A stretch of 64,000 nucleotides of DNA from Vicinamibacterales bacterium (GCA_036012905.1 DASCQF010000139.1:31273-95272); one strand, 5' to 3'. Shown: positions 19,101 to 27,207, counted from the stretch's first letter. A program made the numbers and translations. Notes: generated by a model from the letters alone, not told the origin.

Positions 19101-19826
19101 ATGGAACTCAGTGTCATCCTGCCCACCTACAACGAGCGACCAAATGTCACAGAACTCGTCGAACGCATCTGCAAGGCGCTGCAGGATGTTGACCACGAAG
19201 TGATTTTCGTCGACGACCGCTCGCCGGATGGGACCGCTCAGGCGGCGCAACAGACCGTGTTACACCACCCGCAGGTGCGGATCATCGAGCGTCAGCCTCC
19301 TCCGGGACTCACCGTGTCGATTCTAGACGGCGTCAGAGAGGCGCGTGGTCGGTATGTCGCCTGGCTGGATGCTGATCTATCTCACCCTCCGGAGCTGCTG
19401 CCACAACTGCTTGCTCCGATTCGCGAGCATCGTGCGGAGGTCGCCTGCGCGTCACGGTATGTCCCAGGTGGCCGTGACGTCCGCAGTTCTATCGCGACGC
19501 GCTGGGCAAGCCTCTTCATCAACAGGCTCGCGCAGTGGTTAGTCGACCGCCGAGTGGTGGACTACACCACCGGCTTTGTCTTGTCCCCTCGCCACGTGGT
19601 CCTGGAGCTGGGTCTGCGCGGCGATTACGGCGAATACTGCATCGATTTGCTAGCGACAGCCGTCCGACGCGGCTACCGTGTACATGAAGTTCCGTACCGG
19701 AACGTCGAGCGGCAATACGGCACCTCGAAGACGGCTCCGAATCTAGTCAGCTTCGTGCGTCACGGTTGGCCCTACCTCACGACCATCGGCACTCTCGCAA
19801 TGGGGCGTCGGCCAAGACGGCGCTGA
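19101..19826 (+). CDS. GT2 polyprenyl-phosphate glycosyltransferase (Dpm1/ArnC-like)
   Basis: MELSVILPTYNERPNV...VIFVDDRSPDGT...AWLDADLSHPP is the typical GT2 DxD layout of dolichyl/undecaprenyl-phosphate sugar synthases. Confidence 0.8.
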   Translation: MELSVILPTYNERPNVTELVERICKALQDVDHEVIFVDDRSPDGTAQAAQQTVLHHPQVRIIERQPPPGLTVSILDGVREARGRYVAWLDADLSHPPELLPQLLAPIREHRAEVACASRYVPGGRDVRSSIATRWASLFINRLAQWLVDRRVVDYTTGFVLSPRHVVLELGLRGDYGEYCIDLLATAVRRGYRVHEVPYRNVERQYGTSKTAPNLVSFVRHGWPYLTTIGTLAMGRRPRRR

Positions 19827-19833
19827 CCACCAC

Positions 19834-20622
19834 ATGCTACGCGACCAATACGAGCAAATGGCCGAACTCCAGGACCACCATTGGTGGTTTGCGGCCAAGA
19901 GGCGGATCGTGGACACCCTCGTCCGGCAGTATGCGACACACGGGGGTGACCGGCGGCCAGCAGCCAACTGGGTGCTCGATGCCGGCTGTGGAACGGGATC
20001 CATGCTCCCAGTGCTGCGCCAGTGGGGCCACGTGATCGGAACGGATGTACACAGGCAGGGCCTACAATTCGTCAGCCATCGACCGGTGCTCGAAGCCGAC
20101 GTCCTGCGCCTACCGTTCGCGGACCAATCGTTCCAACTGGTCGGTTGCTTCGACGTGCTGTATCACCGTCGCGTTGTCGACGTCGAGGCCGTCCTTCGGG
20201 AGCTCCACCGCGTGTGTCGCCAACAGGGACTGCTGGTGCTGACCGACTCCGCCGTGCCAGCCCTGCAAAGCTCGCACGATACTGCCCTGCACGGTGTTCG
20301 GCGCTTCCGGCTCGAGTCGTTGCAAGCGCATCTCGAAGGCGCTGGATTCCGAGTGGTCTACGGCTCGTATTTCCACACGCTGTTGTTCCCCATCGCAGCG
20401 ATCGTGCGATTGACGAAGCGAGCGCTAGAGGGGACACCGGGCCAGCCTGTGTCGGGTAGCGACTTGCACGTCGCGCACCATTCGGATTTGCGTCCCACAC
20501 CACGACTACTCAACAGTGTCCTCGGCAGCGTCTATAGAATCGAAGCCGCCCTCTTGCAACGCACCCGCCTGCCTATCGGGCTCAGCGTGGTCGTCATTGC
20601 CCGGCCGGCTGACGCCGACTGA
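19834..20622 (+). CDS. class I SAM-dependent methyltransferase
   Basis: Motif I VLDAGCGTGSM, then DVLRLPFADQSFQLVGCFDVLYH. Begins 8 nt after the GT2 stop. Confidence 0.75.
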   Translation: MLRDQYEQMAELQDHHWWFAAKRRIVDTLVRQYATHGGDRRPAANWVLDAGCGTGSMLPVLRQWGHVIGTDVHRQGLQFVSHRPVLEADVLRLPFADQSFQLVGCFDVLYHRRVVDVEAVLRELHRVCRQQGLLVLTDSAVPALQSSHDTALHGVRRFRLESLQAHLEGAGFRVVYGSYFHTLLFPIAAIVRLTKRALEGTPGQPVSGSDLHVAHHSDLRPTPRLLNSVLGSVYRIEAALLQRTRLPIGLSVVVIARPADAD

Positions 20623-20771
20623 ACGCTCACGATGCCCACGCTGCTCTCGCGCCAGGCATGGCTGCGTGCAGCGCCGGAGACTGGCAAATGTGCTCCCCTT
20701 CAAGTGATACAATGCCTACCTTGATCCGGTTTCGATCCTGACCGTGCGGCGCTGCTAACCATGAGGGATGG

Positions 20772-21191
20772 ATGTCCGACAAAGGGGAGACGGACCACAT
20801 CGAGGTCGTCAGCGCGGACGGTCAGGAGCTCACCTACATCATTCGCAGCACTTACGGTCCGGCCGAAACTCGGTTCCTGACACCGCCCGAGCTAAAGCAA
20901 CAGGTCGGCTTCATCGTCTATCCTGCCGGTGTAGAGATCCAACGGCACGCTCACCGCGCGATCGAGCGTAAGATCGTAGGCACGTCAGAGGTGCTCGTCA
21001 TCAAGTCAGGCCGTTGCCTGATCGACGTCTATGACAAGGAGCAGCGACTGGTCGCCACGCGTGAGCTGGGCGTAGGTGACGTTGTCTTGATGGTCGGCGG
21101 CGGGCACGGTTTCCGCATGTTGGACGACACGGTGCTGCTAGAGATCAAACAGGGACCCTATACCGGCATAGACGAAAAGGAACGATTCTGA
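20772..21191 (+). CDS. cupin-fold protein (possible sugar-nucleotide isomerase/epimerase)
   Basis: GAGGGA RBS. 139 aa, with QRHAH...GDVVLMVGGGHGF cupin-type His motifs. Lies between a methyltransferase and a DegT aminotransferase. Confidence 0.55.
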   Translation: MSDKGETDHIEVVSADGQELTYIIRSTYGPAETRFLTPPELKQQVGFIVYPAGVEIQRHAHRAIERKIVGTSEVLVIKSGRCLIDVYDKEQRLVATRELGVGDVVLMVGGGHGFRMLDDTVLLEIKQGPYTGIDEKERF

Positions 21192-21211
21192 TCCCGGTAT
21201 GCGAGCCGCGA

Positions 21212-22321
21212 GTGGATGGCCGCGAGCTCGAGTACGTCACGGACTGTGTGCGAACTGGGTGGATTTCGTCTGCAGGGCCGTATATCAAACGGTTCGAGGC
21301 ATCCTGGGCGGCATACTGCGGCCGCCGCACTGGCGTGGCTGTCTCCAATGGGACGGTAGCCTTGGAAGCCGCAGTCCGATGTCTCGGTCTCCAGCCGGGA
21401 GACGAGGTTGTCCTACCCACGTTCACAATCATTTCTTGCGCGCTGGCCGTCCTTCGCGGAGGAGCCACCCCCGTGCTGGTCGATGCCGACCCGGACACGT
21501 GGTGCATGGACGTAGACAAGGTCGAGGCCGCACTGACCCCTCGTACTCGCGCTATCATGCCCGTCCATATCTACGGCCACCCGGTGGATATGGACCCATT
21601 GGTCGCGTTGGCCCACGAACACGACCTGTTTATCATTGAGGACGCGGCGGAGGCACACGGCGGGCAATATCTGGGAGGCTGGCGCAGCGGGTCCGGAACC
21701 TGGCAAACCTGTGGCTCTTTCGGCGACGCCTCTTGTTTCAGTTTCTACGCCAACAAGATCATTAGCACTGGTGAAGGTGGGATGGTCTTGACCGACGATC
21801 CGACCCTTTCGGATCGACTCGCTTCGCTACGAAACCTCTATTTCGAACCTGGAAGGCGCTTCTATCACTCGGAGCTAGGTAGTAACTTTCGATTGACCAA
21901 TCTCCAGGCAGCTATAGGATTGGCGCAGCTTGAAACGGCCGAAGAGCGCCTCGAACACAAGCGTTGGTTGGGCAAGGCCTATCAGGAACGGCTGAGCCGG
22001 GTGTCGGGTCTTTCGGTGCAAACCATCAGGCCATGGGCTCGCCCAGTCTACTGGATGTTCGGTATTGTGGTCGATGAACACGTCGGCAAGACAGCCGCCA
22101 CGGTTTCCGACTACCTTGCGTCGGAAGGTGTGATGACCCGCCCTTTCTTCACAGGCATGCATGAGCAACCCGCCTTGCAGCGAATGGGGCTGTTTCAAGA
22201 CGGGCGCTATCCAGTCGCAGAGCGACTCGCGCGACAGGGACTGTATCTGCCGTCCGGTCCGACCCTGACGGAAACGCAACTCGAGCAGGTTTGCGACGCC
22301 GTAACGTCCGCACTTGGGTGA
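21212..22321 (+). CDS. DegT/DnrJ/EryC1/StrS-family sugar aminotransferase
   Basis: GRELEYVTDCVRTGWISSAGPYIKRFE... and FSFYANKIISTGEGGMV (PLP-Lys region). The GTG at 21212 is the first canonical start, but the conserved IPVCEPR segment lies in frame upstream (see finding). Confidence 0.85.
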   Translation: MDGRELEYVTDCVRTGWISSAGPYIKRFEASWAAYCGRRTGVAVSNGTVALEAAVRCLGLQPGDEVVLPTFTIISCALAVLRGGATPVLVDADPDTWCMDVDKVEAALTPRTRAIMPVHIYGHPVDMDPLVALAHEHDLFIIEDAAEAHGGQYLGGWRSGSGTWQTCGSFGDASCFSFYANKIISTGEGGMVLTDDPTLSDRLASLRNLYFEPGRRFYHSELGSNFRLTNLQAAIGLAQLETAEERLEHKRWLGKAYQERLSRVSGLSVQTIRPWARPVYWMFGIVVDEHVGKTAATVSDYLASEGVMTRPFFTGMHEQPALQRMGLFQDGRYPVAERLARQGLYLPSGPTLTETQLEQVCDAVTSALG

Positions 22322-22513
22322 CTGTCTTCCGATTGTTTCATCTCCGAACAACCGCCCGCGATCAATCCCGAACCGTTCAGAACTCGACAGAACTGGAGGG
22401 ATCTCCATCGCCGAGGTTGTGTCCATCGCCCGCGCCGTCGCCCGCTGCATCGTTGCGACCCACGAGGCGGGCATCATCCATCCGTCTCGCGCGGCAACGA
22501 GCGAGCTTGTGGT

Positions 22514-23650
22514 TCACTCGAGCTGGCTCGCGGCGACCGGCACACTCTCCCGCAGCTCGCGCACAACCGAGCTCACCACCTGTCTGAAATCTCCGGTCTC
22601 CGCGTACACCTGCCGCTGACGGGCGTAGCTGGGGCCTTTTGTCATCATGTCGCGCACCCGCATTAGCTCGGCGTGGCAACCAAGCCGTCGTGACACTGAT
22701 TCGAGCGACCCGATCAACCGGTCGATGCCCTCGACCAACGGCTCCAGGTGTCCTTCCTCATCGACGATCATTTCGGCATCGAGCGCCCAGCGCGACGCCC
22801 GCCACTTGTTCTCGCGCACGATCCAGTTGGGCTGCAGCGGCAGATAACTGCCCTCGTCGTACTGGTCTCCCAGCCAGACCACGAGCGCCTGGATCATCGC
22901 CGTCATTGCGATGATGTCGTCGAGCGTCGACAAGCCGTCACAGATCCGCACTTCGACGGTGCCGAAGTCGGGGTGGGGCCGGATGTCCCACCAGATCTCC
23001 CGGACCGATTCGATCGCCTTGGCGTTGACCAGCGTGATCATCAGCCGTTGAAACTCGGCCCAGTTCAGCAGACGATACGGCAGACCCGCGGTGGGCAGAC
23101 TCTCGAAGATCTTCACCCGGCAGGACGCGAGCCCGGTCTCCTCTCCCTCGAAGTACGGCGAGCTGGCCGAGAGCGCGAGCAGGTGCGGTATGTAGCCGCT
23201 GAGCGAGTTGAAGATCGCAATCGCCTTTTCCCCGCTCTCGATCCCGACGTGGACGTGGAGCCCGAAGATCATCAGCTGTCGGGCTGGCCACTGGCAGCGG
23301 TTGACCAGCAGGTGATACCGCTCCCTGTCTGTGATCTCCTGCTCGGCCCACCGGGAAAAAGGGTGAGTGCCGGTCGCGGCGAGCTCGTAGCCAAGAGCGT
23401 CGCACAACGCAAACAGCGACCGGAGCCGGTCTGTCAGCTCGGTCCGAACCACCGCGATGTCATCACACACGTCGGTATTCAGCTCGACCGTAGACTCGAT
23501 CAGCTCCGACTTGACGTGGCTGATGTCCTTGACTCGTTCCAGAATCCGCGGCGCGCCCGAGACAAGATTTTTCGTCTTCGGGTCGATGACCTGCAGCTCG
23601 ACCTCGACGCCGACCGTCGGGCTTCGGGACTCGTTGAAATGGATGCGCAT
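22514..23650 (-). CDS. carboxylate-amine ligase, glutamate-cysteine ligase family 2 (YbdK-like)
   Basis: MRIHFNESRSPTVGVEVELQVID... is the typical GCS2 N-terminus. The track ORF starts one codon earlier, at a TTG (23653). Confidence 0.85.
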   Translation of the reverse strand: MRIHFNESRSPTVGVEVELQVIDPKTKNLVSGAPRILERVKDISHVKSELIESTVELNTDVCDDIAVVRTELTDRLRSLFALCDALGYELAATGTHPFSRWAEQEITDRERYHLLVNRCQWPARQLMIFGLHVHVGIESGEKAIAIFNSLSGYIPHLLALSASSPYFEGEETGLASCRVKIFESLPTAGLPYRLLNWAEFQRLMITLVNAKAIESVREIWWDIRPHPDFGTVEVRICDGLSTLDDIIAMTAMIQALVVWLGDQYDEGSYLPLQPNWIVRENKWRASRWALDAEMIVDEEGHLEPLVEGIDRLIGSLESVSRRLGCHAELMRVRDMMTKGPSYARQRQVYAETGDFRQVVSSVVRELRESVPVAASQLE

Positions 23651-23823
23651 CAAGACGCCTTGCTGTCGGTCAGTATAGCCGGTGGGAGGGTCGTCGCCGT
23701 CGCCGGACTCCCGTCGCTGAGCCGCGTGAGGGACGGAGCGGCGATGCGCTGCCGCACCGCTGACAACCGGTCGCGATCTGGTCGTCGACGATGGCGTCCC
23801 GGGGGTAAGATGGAACCAGAAAC

Positions 23824-24255
23824 GTGACCGACTTCACCACGCCCAGCACGGTGCTCAGGCGATACGTGCTGTATCAAATTCCGGGCTGGCTGCTCGCGGT
23901 AGCCAGCGCCCTCCTGCTCCACCGCTGGGTCGGTCTGCCCGGCTGGGCAGGAGCCACCCTGGTGGTCACCTGGGCCCTGAAGGACGCCGCGCTTTATCCG
24001 TTTCTCAGAGCCTCGTATGTACCTGATTCGCGCACCGTCATTGAACGGTTGATCGGGCAGGTAGGTATCGCCGTCCAGCCGTTGGCGCCACGGGGCTACA
24101 TACGCGTCCGCGGCGAGCTGTGGTTGGCCGAACCGACCACCGCTAACGTCGTGATTCGCGGTGGCCACCCGGTGACTGTCGACGCGGTGCGCGGAACCAT
24201 ACTGCTGGTTCGACCGGGCTCCGCCGAGCTTTCTGAATCCATAGCCTCAAAGTGA
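23824..24255 (+). CDS. NfeD-family membrane protein
   Basis: GTG start. Two N-terminal TM helices, then a C-terminal OB-like segment GQVGIAVQPLAPRGYIRVRGELWLAEP....GHPVTVDAVRGTILLVRP. Confidence 0.65.
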   Translation: MTDFTTPSTVLRRYVLYQIPGWLLAVASALLLHRWVGLPGWAGATLVVTWALKDAALYPFLRASYVPDSRTVIERLIGQVGIAVQPLAPRGYIRVRGELWLAEPTTANVVIRGGHPVTVDAVRGTILLVRPGSAELSESIASK

Positions 24256-24274
24256 TCGTCGCCGTCTGGCCGGT

Positions 24275-25216
24275 TCAAGCTGGGGCACGCTGCGTCCGAT
24301 ACCATGCCAAGGTCCGCTGGATCCCCTCCTCGAGAAACACGGTGGGCTCGTAATCCAGCAACTCGCGGGCCCGTGTGATGTCGGCCTGCGAGTCACGCAC
24401 GTCGCCGACACGCGGGTCGGTGTACACCGGATCAAGGTCGCTCCCGCTCTGGTCAGACATCATCCGATACAACGTATTCAGCGAGATGCGACTGCCACAC
24501 GACACGTTGATGACCTGCCCCGCGGCGCGTGGCGCCAAACAGGCGCGCAACGTCCCATCGACGACGTTCCGCACATACGTGAAGTCACGAGTCTGCGTGC
24601 CGTCACCGTGAATGGTTGGCGGCCGATGCTCTAATAGACATTGCGCGAACCGCGAAATGACCCCTGAATACGGCGACGACGGATCTTGACGGGGTCCGAA
24701 GACGTTGAAGTAGCGCACGGCGACCGTTTCAAGACCGTACAGCTCGAAGAAGAGTTTCCCATACTGCTCCCCGATCAATTTCTGTAACGCGTAGGGCGAC
24801 AAGGGAGCCGGTGGCATGTCTTCCTGTTTCGGGAGCGTGGCCGCGTCGCCGTAGACCGACGACGAGCTGGCGAACACCACGCGCTTCACCGCGTGACACT
24901 GGGCGGCCACGAACAGGCTCAAGGTGCCGGTGACGTTCGCGTGGTTGGTTGCGATCGGTTCGGCGACGGAGCGTGGCACCGACGGAATGGCCGCCAGGTG
25001 CACCACATAGTCGACATCGGTCGTGGCACGATCAGCCACCGCCGGTTCCGCCAGATCGCCGACGATCAAGTCTACGTCGGCGACGTGTTCCAGATTCTCG
25101 CGGCGTCCGGTGACCAGACTGTCGACGACCCGAACCTGCTCGCCACGCGAGATGAGCTCTTCGACGACGTGCGACCCGATGAAACCGGCGCCGCCAGTGA
25201 CCAAATAGGTAGCCAT
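24275..25216 (-). CDS. NAD-dependent nucleotide-sugar epimerase/dehydratase (WbpP/TviC-like)
   Basis: VTGGAGFIGSH Rossmann motif, SSSSVYG, YxxxK (YALQKLIGEQY), GDGTQTRDFTYVRNVV. Confidence 0.85.
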   Translation of the reverse strand: MATYLVTGGAGFIGSHVVEELISRGEQVRVVDSLVTGRRENLEHVADVDLIVGDLAEPAVADRATTDVDYVVHLAAIPSVPRSVAEPIATNHANVTGTLSLFVAAQCHAVKRVVFASSSSVYGDAATLPKQEDMPPAPLSPYALQKLIGEQYGKLFFELYGLETVAVRYFNVFGPRQDPSSPYSGVISRFAQCLLEHRPPTIHGDGTQTRDFTYVRNVVDGTLRACLAPRAAGQVINVSCGSRISLNTLYRMMSDQSGSDLDPVYTDPRVGDVRDSQADITRARELLDYEPTVFLEEGIQRTLAWYRTQRAPA

Positions 25217-25225
25217 GTGTCTTGA

Positions 25226-26365
25226 TCAAAAAGATGGAAACGCGTCACGCGGAATTCCCGGGACTACACGCAGAGCGTTTTCATAGTACACCTTCCGCAG
25301 GATGTCGTCCGACAGCCCCATGCCATAGAGCTTCCAGAACGCGTGATACCGCCGGTAGTAGTCGAAATACTCGTCCCGCGTCTCGAACGTCCGCCAGTAG
25401 TAGGGGAACTCATCCGCCGCATAGGAGTCCTTGCCAAACAGCACTCGGTCGGCGTACTCGGCAAAGAAGGCGCCCGCCGCGAGCGGCTGCCGCCCGAGCT
25501 CATAGAGGATGGCGCCGGTCCCGACATACACGTTGGGAAGCCGATCGAGCATGGCACCGAGCCGACCGAGATCGTTCGCATGCCATCCCATATGGGCGGC
25601 GATGAAGCGGGTCTGTGGGTGTCGCGCAAACATCCGGTCCCGCTCGGCCATGATCGCCTCGAAGCCCGGGTAACGGTCCGAGGGCAGACGGCGACCCGGC
25701 CGCACGATCAATTCGAGCCATCGCTCGTTGTAACGGTCGACCGGTTGGAAGAACTCGGCCGGCTCGCCCGTGTGGATCAGCACCGGGATATCCAGCCTCG
25801 TGCACATCTCCCAGACCGGGTCGAGCTCGGGATCGTCGACGCTGACCCGCTGTCCCTGTGCGTCACGCACGGTCAAGCCGAAATTCTTGAACAGCTTCAG
25901 CCCAACAGCGCCCGCGCCCACGTCCCGTTCGAGCTGGGTCGCTGCGCGCGTACCGAATCCCGGCCTCACGCCGCTGCTGAAATCCAGATTTGCGAAGAAG
26001 ACCATGCGGTTCGGATGAACACTGTTCTGGATTGCCTGGACCCCGCCTGCCAAGGTCGCGCCGGATCCGCCGCTCAGATTCACGAGCACCTGCAGGTTCA
26101 GCGCATCCATCTCGCCGACAATCGTGTTCCACCGCTCGCCCGAGAGCCCTGGTCGATGATGGCTGTGGACATCGACCACCGGAAACTTCGCCCTCGGCAC
26201 CGGGTGCTCTGGCACGACCAGGGTCGAGCGTGGCGTGTAGTCTTCGACCGTCAGCGACCGTTCATTCGCCGTCGACTGACCGCGCCGGTTCGTCTGCGCA
26301 GTCAGCGACACCGCCACACCGATCAAGGCGAGCGCACAGAATCCGACGATGCCGAGACGTGTCAT
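25226..26365 (-). CDS. amidohydrolase-2 (TIM-barrel metal hydrolase), secreted
   Basis: Track ORF 25226..26596. The ATG at 26365 is preceded by GGAGG and gives MTRLGIVGFCALALIGVAVSLTAQ. VVDVHSHH and IAAHMGWH metal-ligand motifs. Confidence 0.8.
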   Translation of the reverse strand: MTRLGIVGFCALALIGVAVSLTAQTNRRGQSTANERSLTVEDYTPRSTLVVPEHPVPRAKFPVVDVHSHHRPGLSGERWNTIVGEMDALNLQVLVNLSGGSGATLAGGVQAIQNSVHPNRMVFFANLDFSSGVRPGFGTRAATQLERDVGAGAVGLKLFKNFGLTVRDAQGQRVSVDDPELDPVWEMCTRLDIPVLIHTGEPAEFFQPVDRYNERWLELIVRPGRRLPSDRYPGFEAIMAERDRMFARHPQTRFIAAHMGWHANDLGRLGAMLDRLPNVYVGTGAILYELGRQPLAAGAFFAEYADRVLFGKDSYAADEFPYYWRTFETRDEYFDYYRRYHAFWKLYGMGLSDDILRKVYYENALRVVPGIPRDAFPSF

Positions 26366-26402
26366 GGTCAATAGCCTCCGAGTGGCCCAGTACCTCACAC
26401 TC

Positions 26403-26490
26403 AACGGCGCGCACGTGCGCGCCTCGCGGACGCGGAGTGGGGCCTTGGGGTCCCCGCGCAGCGTCCGCGGGGGCTCGGGGCACAGCCCCG
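26403..26490. repeat. left arm of the inverted repeat flanking rnpB
   Basis: Reverse complement of 27015-27103, with about 7 mismatches in the first ~66 nt by hand alignment. Contains the 18-bp perfect palindrome GGCGCGCACGTGCGCGCC (26406-26423) and hairpins CGCGGACGC...GCGTCCGCG and CGGGGCACAGCCCCG. Confidence 0.85.
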
Positions 26491-26504
26491 TCAAGAAAAA
26501 GGAT

Positions 26505-26963
26505 CCGCCGCAGAGGAACGATAAGCCGAATTCTGTTCCCGGCGCTACGCCCGAGGGCGCGGAACTGGGTGACGACCATTCCTCTAGCCCCGCCATTGCT
26601 GGCAGGATCCAGCGACCTACCCGGAAGCTTCGGACGGGCCGTCCTGATAACGCTTCCCTATTTGGTCTTGCTCCGTGCGGGGTTTAGCCTGCCATCCACC
26701 TTACGGCGAACGCGGTGCGCTCTTACCGCACCTTTTCACCCTTACCCTTCGGCTCACCCGGCTGACGCCGGGCTTGCTCAGGGCAGGCCCGAGGGCCTGT
26801 CTCGAGCTTCGTCGAGAGGCGGTATGTTTTCTGTGCCACTTTCCTTCAGGTCGCCCTGACCGGGGATTACCCGGCGCACTGCCCTCTGGAGTTCGGACTT
26901 TCCTCCCCGAACGGCGCCACGTCGTGACACCGCACGCGGCGGTCGTCTGTCCCTCTACGGCGG
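26505..26963 (-). ncRNA. rnpB: RNase P RNA, bacterial type A
   Basis: The minus strand reads ...GGGGAGGAAAGTCCGAACTCCAGAGGGCAG..., ...GGGTAAGGGTGAAAAGGTGCGGTAAGAGCGCACCGCG..., ...GGAGCAAGACCAAATAGGG... and ...ACAGAATTCGGCTTATCG. These match the universally conserved blocks of E. coli M1 RNA. The P1 helix is formed by CCGCCGTAGAGGGA (5') and TTCCTCTGCGGCGG (3'). A U5 run follows the 3' end. Ends are approximate to a few nt. Confidence 0.95.
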
Positions 26964-27014
26964 ATTGTCAAAGATCAGCTGGGGCTCCGCCCCAGACCCC
27001 GGGGCATCTTCACG

Positions 27015-27103
27015 CGGGGCGTTGCCCCGAACCCGACGCGGGTGCTACGCAGGGACCCCAAGGCCCCGCTCCGCGCCCGCGGGGCGCGCACGTGCGCGCC
27101 GTT
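27015..27103. repeat. right arm of the inverted repeat flanking rnpB
   Basis: Mirror copy of 26403-26490. The same 18-bp palindrome GGCGCGCACGTGCGCGCC sits at 27083-27100, with hairpin CGGGGCGTTGCCCCG at 27015-27029. Confidence 0.85.
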
Positions 27104-27123
27104 ACGTACCTACTGGATCGACT

Positions 27124-27196
27124 GGCGAAGCCACTCTGCTTCTTCTGACTTCTGCCTCCTGACTTCTGACTTCTGACTTCTGACTTCTGACTCCTC
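27124..27196 (+). repeat. dispersed intergenic element: GGCGAAGCC box plus (TTCTGAC)n heptamer tract, copy 1
   Basis: GGCGAAGCC at 27124-27132, then a 10-nt spacer (27133-27142). Seven heptamers follow at 27143-27191: TTCTGAC TTCTGCC TCCTGAC TTCTGAC x4. The tract sits just 3' of the stop codon of the minus-strand regulator gene. Confidence 0.9.
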
Positions 27197-27207
27197 GGGA
27201 ATACCGT

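Noticed and set aside
22401-22523. The plus-frame translation ISIAEVVSIARAVARCIVATHEAGIIHPSRAATSELVVH resembles Ser/Thr kinase subdomains VIa-VIb (..AL..AH..GIIHRDLKP.N), so it might be a kinase pseudogene relic at the island edge.
   Set aside because: It is only about 40 residues. The catalytic HRD is replaced by HPS, no flanking kinase subdomains are present, and it partly overlaps the 3' end of the GCS2 gene. It cannot be distinguished from chance without a search.
26964-26972. TTTGACAAT (minus strand) directly 5' of the rnpB mature end, considered as an rnpB promoter element.
   Set aside because: It is too close to the predicted 5' end to serve as a -35, and as a -10 it lacks a recognisable -35 partner. 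It is mentioned only as a caveat in the rnpB finding and is not called as a feature.
27143-27191. The heptamer tract considered as a CRISPR array or a coding phase-variation tract.
   Set aside because: The units are 7 nt and contiguous with no spacers, and no cas genes are present, so it is not a CRISPR array. The tracts lie outside coding sequence, so a classical frameshift phase switch does not apply. It is kept as a repeat-family finding instead.
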